DNA of 64,000 nt from Trichinella spiralis (lineage: Eukaryota), in contig NW_003526943.1 in assembly GCF_000181795.1 (NCBI RefSeq), positions 6,294,219 to 6,358,218 of the forward strand, given 5' to 3'. Under the pieces are notes generated by a model. It saw nothing but the letters and a program-made list of their open reading frames with translations, made no database searches and was not told the origin of the DNA. Shown here one piece after another: positions 12,898 to 27,554 of the stretch. The number at the start of each line of letters is the position of its first letter. The stretch's first letter is position 1. The translations under genes were made by a program, and so were the position numbers.

Positions 12898-13887
12898 CAC
12901 GCCACTTTTCTTGACACTTTCTTATAGAACAAATGAAAATCTTCACACAACCTAGATAAATAAAAAGTGCTAATTTTTAATTTAAATGACAAAAACATCA
13001 TTTGTATGAAAACAAAATAAGGATTGAAATTTTAAAATATAATTTGGCATTTAACAAATAATAAATTCGTTAAAAAGTAAAGTATCCACCAGCCAGACGT
13101 CAAGAAGGTGAATATAAAGTATAATGTTCAATGAAGCTATAATACATTTCTTTAAAAAGCATAATTAATAAATAATAATAAATACACTGTTAAAAATAAT
13201 AACGAAAACAGGCGCTATATAACATCAAAACTACAACCGATGAAGAAATTCATATAATGCAATGTAATGTAATATAATATATAATAATACTGAATTTTAT
13301 GATTCGAATACGAAAAAACTTAACAAAAATCTTTTCTCACTACCAACGCTATAACAACCCACTGAACGTCGAGTTGGAATAATACTGTAGTTACAGCAAT
13401 CAGGTATTAAAAGCAATTATGCCATCCCCATTTTAAACAACTAGCTGTGAGTTGAAAAATAAAAAAAGTTAAACCGGTTAAATCAGTCTCAGAAATATTT
13501 ATTTTACTTAATAATTAGTCGCTTTCCTTTTTTTTCATTCTGTTACAATGCTTTAGTTATTTCATTTTCTACCCCTTTTCTGCAGTATTCATTAAATACA
13601 TTCATGAAAAAAGTTTAGCTGAAAATTTAAAATATGATGCATTAGTCATGACAATTTTTATTTTTTGGCAATTCCGTATAAAATGTATAAATTAACCGTA
13701 AACTATAACTTAATTAAATACTGCAATTATCAATGATAAATTAAATCATTAACAATAGAAAAAAGTAAAATATGTACGAAATTTTTTTAAAAATAATATT
13801 TAAAGTACTGGGCAATTGCACAGAGTTATTTTGGAATTTCTTCAAAAAATGATACTGTTATAACAGTGCAGGCTAGTTGATGACGCC

Positions 13888-14252
13888 TGTTATATTCCAG
13901 AGTCAATGGAGGAAGATCAGGAAAGGCAAAGCAGATCATGAACCACGGCAATGTAGGACTCGGCTACCGTAGCAGGCACATTTGGACCTGACAATCGGTA
14001 GCAGAGTACGGTATCACGTGGAAGACAGATGCCAGGTATTGGTGGTGTGCGGTGTTGGTGAGCGATCGATCGTGTTAACATTTTTTGTGATGGTTTGAAG
14101 CGATTGCTGGATGTTCGTTTTGTAAATCATTCACCTTACATGTCTTCCTTAAGAAGAATATGATGCCGAAAGGTCAACTCGGACGGTGACGACCCGCCCG
14201 AGAACAACAAAGCGGTGGCCGACCCGCCTGCTGTGACGGAAGGTCCGTTACA
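13888..14252. mobile_element. Possible solo LTR or LTR-like fragment
   Basis: GC-enriched island bounded by TGTTAT..GTTACA, similar in style to other TG..CA islands in the window. No target-site duplication seen. Confidence 0.35.
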
Positions 14253-14744
14253 CTGTTTTATCTGAAAAAAATAGGCAGGTAAGAATTTATACGAATTAAT
14301 TTATTTGCTTCAGTTTTCAGGCACTTTTATAAAGTAATTATAAACAAAAGTAAACATGATGTTCACAGAAAAGCTCAAGCAATTAGTGCCCAGACACGAA
14401 TTGTGAACCAAGCAGTGATATTGCATGTTAGCATACAACTTCAAGACCAAATTTATTCAATTTAAAGCTATGAAAAATATGTTTCTTATTCAACAAACTA
14501 AATATGTTGAAATGATAATATTTATAGCGAATTATTTAACCAACAACTTTATTTTCATGTAAATACGGTAATATACTGTAATGTCGAGTTGGCGAGTATA
14601 GCTGTTTGTTGTTCGTTTGTGATTTTGCGATTTGTGTGAATGTAGTTTGACTTGTTGTTTTCATAGTAGACAATATGCCTTACGAAAAGAAAGATAAGCG
14701 CTACTGCGGTTATTGGAGAGGACAACGTGCAGTTTTTTGTCATG

Positions 14745-15540
14745 ATAAGCTATCCAACTGAAAATGGAAATCTAACCGACGAATAATATATCAATGAAGA
14801 TTTATTGGATGAAGTTATCCATTATGGAATAGACAAAGAAGACACAGCAGCTGCCTTTGTGAAAAAGGGAACTCGAGAACCAAGAACATCGTAACGAGCT
14901 CACCCGAGAGTCGAACTCAAACAGCACCACAGCTTTTGTCAGTGAATCGCATCGAGTTGTTTCATTTGAATTCTTTCTTCAGAAGACAAGACAGTTCGCC
15001 TTACAGAAAGGAAGCGCTATTGCGGTTAATTGAGAGGACAACATGCAGTTTTTTTATCTTCTTCTGCTGAGTGGGTAGGACACAAATGAAAATTTATTTT
15101 GCAGCTCAGCTGAAGACACACACGTGTACGTATTGTTTCGTGAGTTATAAACCGAAACCGCTTTATTCGACTTAAGCGGTATTTTCACTTGGTTAATAAC
15201 TCGAAACTCGAGGCAGAAGACAAAAAGGAAGCAATAGAGAGCGTTATACGTATATATGAACAGTCGTTCATATTTTTTCAGAACGTTAACCATCGTTAAT
15301 TCGATGATTCCTTACAATGGTCCTTACACGAACAAAATGCTGAAGTGTGACAAAGTACCCATACAATTTGGTGACGTTATACGTATATATGAACAGTCGT
15401 TCATATTTCTTCAGAACGTTAGCCATCGATAATTCGATGATTCCTTACAATGGTCCTTACACGAGCAAAATGCTGAAGTGTGACAAACTACCCATACAAT
15501 TTGGTGAGAAATTACTTATGGTTTCGTCCTCGTACGAGGA
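14745..15540 (+). pseudogene. Highly decayed piggyBac transposase remnant
   Basis: PTENGNLTDE*YINEDLLDEV matches the N-terminus of the 2262-3173 copy. TLAIDNSMIPYNG..PIQFGEKL resembles the piggyBac IDESM..PIRFGYK first-aspartate motif. Confidence 0.75.
15242..15507 (+). repeat. Tandem duplication, 2 x 133 bp
   Basis: cgttatacgtatatatgaacagtcg...atacaatttggtga at 15242-15374 and 15375-15507, with only a few substitutions. Confidence 0.92.
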
Positions 15541-16492
15541 TATGGTTTATTGTCGAACACAAGAGAATATGAAATACGAGAAAGAAAAGGAAGAGGAAAA
15601 CAAAATCGAAAACATTTTCCTGTTCAAAAACATCAACTGAAGATGGACCTGCAATCCAGTGTTATCACTTTTAGCGAACTTCGCACTGCAGTACTTGTTC
15701 CTGAATCAAATGAATCTGGAATGAAAGTGCTCGTAAATGCGATCCTACGCATTCGAAAAAACTCTTCTCGGACTGTTAATCCAAGATGAGTTTTTTCATT
15801 CCTCTGAACATTGTCACGGATAAAGCCCTATGAAAATGATTTCAATTTGTCTCTTGATTATGCGCCGTTGGAATCCATTCTTCATTCAGTCAACAGCCAA
15901 GTTGAAAATGCGTTACGGTGAATATGAATAAGGCGTTTTAATTCTTGTCGATGAATTAAAAGACTGCAAAAAGATGTGACTGCCTGCAGCTTCTGGAACA
16001 GAAAATTCCATTTCTAATGGCATGGGACGTTTTTCGTCAATGGAGATGACAATGTAGTGCACGGCAATGTAGACAATATTCAACTGACAACTTAATTTTC
16101 AGATTTGTACTGTAATATACTATATGTACCGAGTCGGCGAGTTTAGTCGTTCGGCGTGTGTTTGTGTGTGATTTGGCAATTGTTTATGAGTTTTGACTAA
16201 TTTGTTGTATTGTCTTTGTAATAAAAGTTCTATACGTGTTCCTGGGCGTGTTGCATATTTTTGTAATATTTCAATGTATACGTTAATACATTTTAGCGTC
16301 TTTATGACAATGACGAAAAATGAAATAATTGATTATTTACTTAAAATACATTTTTCGCAGGCTTAATTCTATAAATTGGTTAATGAAAGCTTTATGAACT
16401 GACACTTTAACAATGTTTACAACGCAAGATATGTTTTGTTCAAATATTTGTTATTTAAAAAATATTTAATGGCAGTGAAATAAATTGATACG

Positions 16493-19400
16493 ATGGACAG
16501 TGAGGACGAATCGAATCATCGTAAAGAAAGCGAATGGAAAGGATGGGTAAGAAATGATGCTTTTAATTAAACTGTAATTTGTGATTAATTTTTACAGAGT
16601 GATTATATGAGTTCAAAGAAAGAGAAATTGGCTAAACAGTTTGAAGAAAGTGATTTCCAGAGCGAACCGAAGAAAAATATTTTCGCCGGCATATCGGTAT
16701 ATGTGAATGGTTACACAGGTTGGTGATTTAGTTTAAATAGAAACAGTTGTGGCGATAATTCAGTTCAGATCCGCCTGCTGATCAGTTGAAACGGCTCATT
16801 TTGGAATATGGAGGAAAATACGATTTATACCAGAGTATGAAAATTACTCATGTAATTGCTTCTGTTCTGCCACATGTGAAAATAAAGAAATTAGTTGGAA
16901 GTGAAAAAATAATGAAACCAGATTGGATATTGGATAGGTAATAGTAAGTGTGTTATTTTTTGGAATGCTTTTCAATGAAAACAGAATTCCAACTTCAGTA
17001 TTGCTGCTGGTCGACTGTTGCCGGAGAATGATTACAGATTGTATTTTGGTGGTTCGAATTTGGACGGCAAAATAAAAAGTGACTTAGTAATGAAACCCGG
17101 TGCAGAGGATTTGGATGCGAGGCAGCGTCAGGCAAAGCGTCGTCACGTTGACTGTACAGATTATTCGAATTATTTTGAAACTTTCTACAAACATTCAAGA
17201 TTGCATTTCATTTCGACAACGGCTCAAAAAATGAAATCCTTCGTGCAACAGTTGCAAACTTGTCAAGTGGATACTTTTGATGAAAATCGTCAAGAGTTGA
17301 TCAATTCGATTTTGAAAATGGAACCTTGTTGCTCTTCAACGCCGACTGACACGCAAGAGCAGCAAAGCTATATCATGCATTTGGACATGGATTGTTTTTT
17401 CGTCTCTGCAAGCTTGCAAAATTATCCCCTGCTAAGAGGCAAACCTGTGGCTGTAGCTCATTCCAATCATTCGGATCAAGCGGTTGAGTTGGATTCTTGG
17501 GCCGAAATTGCTTCCTGCAATTATGAGGCCAGAATGTGCGGCGTTCGCAACGGCATGCGACTTGGTAGCGCGTTGGAGCTTTGTCCAAATTTGAAAACCA
17601 TCTCTTACGATTTCGAAAGATACGCTGAAATTTCGCAAACGATTTATTCGTTGATTGCAAAGTGAGATATTGTTTTGGGTAAATTAAGTTTTATTGTACT
17701 CAACGATTATATTTATTTATCAGATATACTCGAGATTTGGAAGCTGTTAGCTGCGATGAAATGTTTGTTGATTTGAAAGAATTGTGCTTGAATACTGGCG
17801 TTCGACCATTGCAGTTTGCCAGCTTCATCAGGGAGGAAATTTTCAAAACAACCGGCTGTACTGCATCTGTTGGAATAGGTGAACACGGGATATTCTTCTT
17901 CTTCTTCTTCTTTTTCTTTTTGATTTACTTTAATTAAGAAAAATAAATACACATTGCAGGTACGAACAAGCTCGTTGCCAGACTTGCTACGAAAGTTGCC
18001 AAGCCAAATGGACAATTTCAAGTTCTAAAAGCAGAAGTATCCCAATTCATGAAAGCAACTAAAGTTGCAGATTTGCCCGGTATTTTTGAAAAACTTTAAT
18101 TCAAATCTTATTGAAGACAGTAATCTTTTTTTCCCATTTTAGGTGTTGGTGTGCACATTTGGCAAAAATTGTCTGAAAGGAATATTTTCACTTGTGAAGA
18201 TTTGCTGCAAGTCGATCTGGGCCAGTTGCAACGTGATTTTGGTAAAAAGACTGCCACAGCTTTTTACCAGAAAGCTCTAGGACGTGACGATAGTTGCCTG
18301 AAGGCGGAAATTGACCGAAAATCGATCAGCTGCAATGTCAATTATGGGATTCGATTTAATACAGTATGTTAGTATTGTTTTGGTGAAAATGAAAAAAATT
18401 ATCATTCAATTTCAGTTGAAAGATGCTCACGGTTTTTTGGAAAAGCAGAGCGAAGAGTTGGCTAAACGAATGGTTGACAATCAAGTCGAAGCGAAACATA
18501 TCACGTTGAAATTGATGGTATTTCAGGGAAAATTTTCCTTGTTAAAATAGATTTATTTCACCGTTGTTTCAGATTCGTGCGCCTGAGGCTTCAGTGGAAA
18601 CCAAAAAATACATGGGCCATGGAATTTGCAATACAGTTTCCCATTCGGTCGCTTTGGCCAACTACACATCCGATGCGAACAGCATTGCTAAAGAAGTTTT
18701 AAATCTTTTCAAACAATTCAATGCTACCGTATCTGACATACGAGGGGTATTGAAATTATATCTAATTTTTATATATCGTAATTTAATTTGTGCATATTTT
18801 TTTGCTTGCGAATTAAGATTGCGTTGTCGGTTAAAAAGTTAAAAAATTTACAACAGACGAAAGAGGAAAATTCCAATTCACTGATGAAAGCATTCTTGAA
18901 GCAGCCGACCAAACAGTGTGATAAAGACATCACGCCAGTTAAAGAACAGCCTGTAGGTGTTGGACGGTAATTTTAAATTTTATAATAAAAAACATCATTT
19001 CAGTCGTGTGCGATAAATTTGAAGCGAACGACAATAGCGAATGATATGCCTACAGTATGGTTTCTTTTATTGATTTATTGAAAAATTGCACAACGACGTA
19101 TAATTAATTAATTAATTAATTAATCAATTTAGAATGCAGCAAACAAGTCATCGTCGTCGTCGTCTGTGATTTCGAAACCAAATAATGTATTCGAAGTAAT
19201 TGACAAAGAAAATTATGAAAAATGCAAAACGCTCATTTATTCGTGGGCATTGCAGAATGAGAGTAAATTTTCAATTTTTGCACATTTGTCAATTAAATTC
19301 ATATTTTTAATAAGAAAAACAAAAAGAAAATTAATAAAGAAATATTTTTTTGTTCAGTTCCAAATAGTGCTGATATCTCATACGTGAAGAGTTACCTTTT

Positions 19401-19626
19401 GAAACTGGTCGATGCGTTGTATTTGGAAAAAGTGGAATCACTTTTGAAATTACTCAGGTAAAAAATAATTGCACAATTCTCTTCCAAGCAGTATATTAAT
19501 TTGATAATTAATAATTTCAGGCAAGCAGCTCGCGAAAGGAAATCGTTGAATGGTGTTTTCAATTCAATGCATGAACAAGTACAAGATGCTGTAGTTCGAC
19601 GTTTCGGATTTTTGCTGGACATTTGA
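16493..19626 (+). CDS. REV1: DNA repair protein REV1 (Y-family deoxycytidyl transferase), multi-exon
   Basis: N-terminal BRCT (IFAGISVYVNGYT|DPP..LKRLILEYGG..KPDWILDS), SRLHFIS, HLDMDCFF, EIASCNYEAR, EAVSCDE, RKSISCNVNYGIRF, ETKKYMGHGIC and a helical C-terminal domain. Confidence 0.96.
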
Positions 19627-20000
19627 TTTGAACAGTAGCTCTAAATTTTTGTTGGACAGTGTTTATTGAATATGAATAAATGAATAACAACTTGTCGTTT
19701 TTGTTTCTGAATTTATTTATTTATTTGAATTGAATAATGACAATGAAAATGCAAAGTTCGAACATAAGCATTAACTAAATTGAACTAGAAAAAAAGTGAT
19801 AAATTTATGAAAATTCTAATTTTTCTATTCAAAATAATATACCACCACCATTTGAAAGTGGAAACCTGAAGCACCTACTTGTCAATAGCTACTACAGTCA
19901 ATACGGTATGCTCTGGCATGGTAATAATGAAGACATATTAATTGATTAAGCGATAAAATTGAAACTATGAATTCAAAATGGCTGTAAACGTCCAACTTGG

Positions 20001-23000
20001 TCAACTAACTCGACAACCTGTGTCACAAGAAATTTGCTTCTTCGAATCACCACTGTCAGATTCAATGCTCAACAAGTCATTGATCACTGCCTGAAAATAA
20101 AAATATTTGAAAAAATTTTATTCTATTATTAAATCAAAATGGATGAACAAAAAAAGAAAGCACATTTTTACATACTTTCGCCAAATAAGTAGAACTTCCA
20201 CCGAGGAAATGTGGATAGAGTTCGTAAAATGGCGTCATATCTTGACGATCAGTTAAATTCTTGTCAGCAGCATAATAGCCGAATGCTTGGGATATGAGCT
20301 GATTTTGAAAGAAAAAAGGTAAGGTAAAAAAAGAAAGATTTGAGTGAAATTTGTACAGAACAGTTAGTGAATTTTACTTTGTCCATGTCGACTTTTTTGT
20401 TGAATTTCAGTTCTGGATTGCGTTGAAGAATGATGGACAAGATGACGAAAAGCTGATCAAAAACAAATATTCAATATCAATCGAATGTCCAGTGGAAAAT
20501 TTGCAAAAAATTTGCATACCTCAACCATGACTTGCCTGTATTCGGGTACTTGGATACGGCTGAGCAGCTCGTCAATGGTCAAAGCGAAATTCAACTCATA
20601 CTCGGTCATGTCTGACAGAGTGGGTTGTTGGGGTAAATGATAGCTGGCGACCACAATACCGTCCGATGTACGTTCCAACGTTCGCCACATGTGTTCGAAA
20701 AAATCCGGCGGAACACGATTCAACGATCCGTTCAGCTGACGTTGTTGCATCGCTGTTCTGAACATTGAAGCATATGAAAATGTAAGAAAACTTACTTGGA
20801 TTATCATTTTCAATCACAAAATGCTTATTATATACAGTTGGCTGAAATTTTTCATCGAAAGCAGACTGCGCACCAACAATTTCACATCAGTCGGCGACAG
20901 ATCGTAAACGGATGAATTTCCCTCTTTGTTGCCAAAATTCAACATCAAATTCAACGCATGAACCAACCATCTATGAAACGACAACAATTCAAATATATAT
21001 ATATATATATATATGCACAAATTTAATTAAAATTTTCAAATACCCTATTCGAACTTTTAATATTCCAATAAACAATTCCGGTTCGACCGAAATGAAATGT
21101 CCCAAGACGATAATCAATTCTTGCTGCAAAACACAAGCAGCTATATTATGGGGAAAGCAGACTCTGTACAATTCTTCTTCGATCACATTCGGAGTCACTG
21201 GAGAATCGATGATCACTTCTTCACCACCGAAAACACCAACAGTCAACTGAAAATTACAATTTCCCATCGACTATGCTAATTTCTGCTTATTCAACAACAA
21301 CAACAACAACAACAAATAAATAAATAAAACTTTAGATACTCTTTTTCCTCGAACTAGTATCGACGTGATCGACGGTGCCAAACTGTCGACCACTTTGCGA
21401 AGCAGTGCTGCACAATAACGAACCACTCGCCTTAAAACAAACACTTTTATACATTCTGTTTATTTTATCATTTGATTATAAAGCAAAAAACATAATCTGC
21501 TTTAAAAAAATACATATTTTTTACCATGTTTTTGACAATGCTGCTTGACGACAAACACGTTCCAATTTTACTCGAACCGTAACTGAAATATGAATTGAAA
21601 ATAAAAAAATTTTTTTTTCATAAATGCATTTTGTTTTGATTATTAGCAAACAAAAAGTGAATACTGTCGTCGACAATTTTAAAATCAACACCATGCCTCT
21701 CGTACAACAACCACAACAACCTGCACTGGGTATAAAGAGCTGCTTTTGGAAGGTTTTTCAACGTGGCAATAATCTCTTCTGTTGGTTGTGTTTTGAACGG
21801 CTATGCAAATGTGCACGTGTCGATGAGCAAAACAAACAAACAAACAAACAAATACCTCAACGTTGAAATCTTTATCTGTTACCGCTTCCATCAAGCAGTG
21901 GGACAAGTCGCTCAGACTGCTGTAATCAGACATGCTTTTCACTTCTCGCATTGGCTCCGGAATGAAATCGACAGAATATCCTTGAGGGGCGAAATCTAAA
22001 TGTTCGAAACAACCAGCTGACAATAAATTCTAAAAATACAAAAACAAAATATACTGAACATTTGAAAAATATTTTAAATTCAATTTTACTTGCAATCTTC
22101 CAACCCGGACTCGTATTCCATTGCAAAGGCCACTTTTCAAATCTACCAACAGACTTAAAACTTTCGAAAAATGCTCACCGCAGACCAATTCTTCCGTTAA
22201 AAGTAGGCAAATGGTCGGTCGACCAGCCAACTGCCATCGGCATTCGATAAATTTCAAATCTCTCTTAGAAAATATTATCAATATTCAATAGATAATAAAC
22301 TTTGCTAATAAAATTCTTTTTTTACAAACTTCACACCTTGATATCATCAATTAATACTTCAGTATCGCTGGATAAATAAAAATCTTGAACATCAAACAAC
22401 AACGGATAGCAAAGTACTGTTTCACCAAATACACGATAAACCTGAATTGAAATTAATCAATTATCATTATTATCTTTTTTCTACTACATTGATAAATCCC
22501 ATCTGGAGGAATCTTACTTTGCTAGTACCAAGAGCTCCTAGAGGACGATTCGGACGACCGGACAGTTGTAAGCGAACATTTTTTCCAAGATTTTCAAAAA
22601 CTTTTACCATTTGTCCAGAGCTCCAAATTTGCACCGGTTCCACTTGATGCAACGTCTGAGTTGTTATACCGTATGTTGAAAGCATTGTCTGCAATTTCTG
22701 GCTTTCTGTTATAAAGGCGATTTGCAGTACTGGATTTCTTAAACTACCCTAAGATATATAACAAAATTATTATCCAATTCAAAAGTGTTGCTTCTAAAAT
22801 ACAAATTCGTAGAACAACAAATCAAGTACAATTTATACCTGGAAAACTGAATGCCGATTATCCATCTTCGGTCGTTGATTAGCAGGCAAATGACGATAAC
22901 TCGGATCTATGTCACTTACGTGGATCAAATTTTCTTCTAAAAATATGATTAAAATCAAACGAATTAAACTTCTTTTCCAATCACAATTATAACAAAAATA

Positions 23001-25297
23001 TTACTAAGCAAACATGATATTATATACAATGCTTGGCCCCATAAGAAAAGTCCCTTGCCCAAGCTTGGCAGCATGATCTGAGATCCAGGATGCGAACGTT
23101 CGTGATAAATACTTTCAGTTTGAAAATAATAATAATGCGGCATGATTGTTTCTAAAAATATAATAAAACAAAATTCAGCATATTGTAAAACTGAATTATT
23201 TCCTTTTTACGATTATCTTCCATAATTAACAACGGCTCCAACAAGTCAGCGTAAACTTTCACTTGACGCTGATTGCCCATGTACACACCTGAAAATTTTT
23301 TTGGAAAAAATTATTTCAAAAGAAGAAAAATTTTATTCAACTATTTCAAATCCAACCGTCGATGATCATGTAGACAAAAAACATGGGCCACTGGCATTCC
23401 ACACCTTGGAATAATTTAGTTTCACCAGACTGGTAATATTGTCGGTTCGGATTTTCCAAAACACAAAATTTTCCATCACGAAGAAACCTTCAATTTTTCA
23501 ATTATTGAACAAAATCATAAAGCAAACAGGAAAGAAATCAAAAGATAAACGTCAAATAAAAGGGAAGTTATATGAATAATAATCAAAACTGAAGCATCAC
23601 TGATATTTCCCAAAATTTAAAAGAATAATTAATTCATTATGAGAAAATGAAATGTTCACCTTTTGAAACCATATTTTCCTTTCAGTTTTCTAATACATTT
23701 TGCAAATGTTCTGTGGTACAGTGATTCATCGTGCGCAGCAAAACAAGGAAACGATATGGTAGGTATCAACGAAGCATCGACGTTCTAAATTCAAGCAAAA
23801 ACTAAATTTATGAAATATTACTCTATTAATTTATCAATTCGATCATCCTACGTAATACAATTTAAATAAATAACTTTAAAATTTACTTTTGAATTCGATT
23901 CCCTAGGAAGCAACGTTTCAAAAGTTGTCCGGTTGCGGTTGTGCGCATCAATATCAACATATATTACGCTACCAACAGTACCTTTGGAACCATAAAGATT
24001 GCAGCCATTGATGGCTTCCAGTGCAGCTTTCACCATGCCAATGGAGCTGAGAAGAGTTGGCATTATGATTGAATTTTCTCAAATTCAAGAAAACAATATT
24101 GAAACCTAGCGTGCAATTCAGGAGTTCCATCGTTGTAACGGGTTCCCATTTCCCACATTCCAAAATCTGGAGTACGGTAAGCCCGCTCGATGTAAAACAC
24201 AATGTTCTGCACAAAACTAACCTCGTCAGTTGTATAAATAATCTAGAATTGTTCATTCTTTATAAAATAATAAATTTAAATTTACAGTAAGACAAAACCA
24301 ACCTCTAGACCACTTGTGATCATTTGAACCAACGTAAGAATAAACAATGCAACTACGTCAATCTATGACAAAATGAAAATGCAAAAAATTTTCACCATAA
24401 ATTGAAACAATAAATTCATACTTGCAAATGTCCGTACTTTTCAGTTCCCTCCACAGCTTCACCTGTCAACAAATTAAACTTCGAATGCAATGCATAGGTC
24501 GCAGAATGAACTCTTTTAAAATTTTCAATCTAAAAAATTCAACAATGCAAAATTTAAAAAAGAATACAACTTATTCAATGAAGTTTGCAAAATAATTATA
24601 ATAATTAACAGAACAGAAACCTCTGTAAAAATTCAACAAATCAAGTGAAATTTACTTTATCTGATTGACGCATCCAGCACAACAATATGCCTCGCATTGT
24701 TTTCACTGCTGCTTGTCCAAGCTCATAATACCGACCCTGATCATCATTCAGTCGCCTTTCATAGTAAAAAATGATTCATACATTTAAAAATGTGTTACCC
24801 ATCGCAATTTTAAAATCGAGTTTATATATTTTTACAAAAAAATATTAAAAACATTTATGATATATAAAGTGTAAGCAACGAACGTACAATGATGCAAAGC
24901 GCATTTGCATTGACACAATTCGTTGATGCTTCAAAAATGAACGACAGTTAAATGAAACAGTATACTTACAAATATCCCCGTGAAAGTGCCCAACATGTCA
25001 TTGCACAATACAAACTATCTCTCACATATCCGACATTATTTTCAGTTGAATAACGCGGATATAAGCCAGTTGTATAACTTTGAAATTGCAGAATTTGTTT
25101 TTTGACTTAAAAATGAAGCATATTTTTAAAAAATTAAAAAAAAATATTTAATGCAAAATGCATTTACCAACTGCATAGTAATAATCAAGTTGTTGTTGAG
25201 CAGCGACCTTTTCCGACGCGGAAAATCTGACGTTAAGACTCATGCCAGGATGCAATAATTGAGTTGAATCAGGAGAAAATGGCCTTTCTTCCAACAT
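20001..25297 (-). CDS. PHKB: Phosphorylase b kinase regulatory subunit beta, multi-exon (start approximate)
   Basis: [85 protein letters not shown], and a C-terminal CaaX (CRVS*). Confidence 0.93.
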
Positions 25298-27554
25298 TGA
25301 ATTTCTTCTATACATAATTCAAATCAAACATATCAAACGCAAACATTAATATTTTGTTTACTAAAAGCTATATTAAGAAACATATTAACGTGCAAACATC
25401 ATTCTGAACATAGATTCCAGTCACCATCGATAATTTTAACTGTTTTCAAATGTAAATTGCTGAAGCGTTTGCATTGAATTTTCAATTAAACAACTGCAAG
25501 CATCTCAGTATGCATTTAAACAAATATATTTTTCTCAAACAAAGCTAACGTTTCAGTTCATACAGCTGTTAAAAAGCAGCTTTATTTCATGACATTCATT
25601 CCCTAACAAAAACGCAACTAAACAACTTTTAAAAAATAATAACTATAAATAGAGCAAAAATTTTTAATTCTTTAAAAAAGTAAAATGATTAAGAAAAACT
25701 TTTTCCACACTAATTAATGCAAAAAAGAAAATAATAAGCATAAAGCTCGTAATTATTCTTCTACTACAAATGCAACAAACTGAACAACAAATTCATTCAA
25801 GCGCTTGTCATACTTTCAACATTGTCTTTCATTCTTTCTTTCCTTTCGTATCTGTTAACAACGTCAATATGTAGATATTACTTGTCACTATTATTAAAAA
25901 ATTACTCTTCTTTATTAATTTTATTAAAAATCACTACTGAAATAATAATTGTCACAAATTCTATAAACTTATATAATGACCATGTACCTACTAAAGGAAG
26001 AAAAATAAATTTTCACATTGCCATCTCAAACACTATACATACGTAACTGCATATTTCATGATGTATTATTTAACAATATAATTTTTCTAAGTGAGGAAAA
26101 TCATTTCATCTGAGCAGAATTAAAAAAACATAATAATAACCAGATTATATATTTAAATAATCAACAAAAACTTCATCAAATAAAAATTTCCTTCAAAATC
26201 CACTCACTACACAAGTTGCAACAACTGTTTATTCACTTCCGCATTGAAGCTTTACCGTGTAAATATCGTGATTTTCAAGTATAAAGTTACAGTCTTTTAG
26301 AGGGTGTGCATTTGGCAGCTGTTTCATTTTTCACATATTTTAAATGATATTCGATACTTGTTTTATTATAATCTATATTTTGTATGTTCATTTCTTCGAT
26401 TGAATTATGCTTATTCTAGCACTGCTGGAAACTATAGCAATTTTGCATTTTTTGTTTTATAGAATGACCATTTTTTTACATCATCAGTGTTTCATTACAA
26501 TTTATTTGAATAAAAATTACTAGTGAAATTTAACCTGCTGCATTATGTCACAAATGGGTAAAAAGCTGATCTAACTCCAACGCCGTTGTTTGTATTCAAC
26601 ATATGATCTTGTTTACCTGCTTTCAGAATTACACCACATCGGGAAGGTGATTGTATTGCTTTTTACTTGAAAATTACTTGCAAATTACGCAACTACGTTT
26701 ACTTACAATTGCGATGATGCACTGCATGTTACATGAAACTAATTCTACCCTCAACAATTTGTGCATTCAACAATCTCAATTATTAATGCACTCTCTGACT
26801 AGACAGATGCCTGATGAATAATAGCGTGCTATTTGCCTGCAAGTATAGGAATGTTATTGAGATCGAGGAAAAAAGTAGTAGTCGATGAAGGATAGAGAGA
26901 AAGCCTGATATAAAGTTGCTATTTGGCTGTTTGTTTGCTTGTTCGTGTTGTCGTTGATTCCAACTGCTTTCATTGGATGAATAAACTCCTAGTGCAACTG
27001 TGTTAATTGTCACTGTGCTCAAAGAAATATGAAACGGGACAAGCAACTTTATTTGGATCTCCCACTGAAGTCTGTACCGTTTTGAAGAACTAGAAGATCA
27101 AGTAATTTATTTTCAATGAACATTTCTGTGAGAAACAAACAGTATAAGTGCTTCAATTATATAATTGGCATCCTTCATTTCTGACATGTTGCTGTTTAAT
27201 ACAAATGTCATAGTCAATTAATTATAAATGTAATTTGCACTGAAAGAAGGCTGTGTAGTCATTGTTAATACTTTTCTGTTTATGATGAATTTGTAAAAGA
27301 TTAATCATACTGCTACAATAATGCATATTTAACATGCATTGCTTAAGGACTGTTTTTTTAACTTTTTCATTTTAATATTTATCGTCATGATGCTTAATCA
27401 AATTAACTTTAACCGACTATACTTGTACAAATAATTAATCAATAGACAAATGGAAAATTCGTATACATGCACATATTTGTTCATCGCAGTTACTTATGAA
27501 CTAAAGCGAATAAAAAAATTAGCAACTTTATTAGTAATTAAAAATCAAAACATT

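Noticed and set aside
15242..15507. CRISPR-like or regulatory array
   Set aside because: Only two adjacent units without spacers, in a eukaryotic transposon fossil.
20993..21314. (TA)n and (CAA)n tracts in PHKB introns, and similar tracts elsewhere
   Set aside because: Ordinary microsatellites.
26783..27046. 87-aa ORF between trehalase and PHKB
   Set aside because: Non-ATG start, no motif and no splice support.
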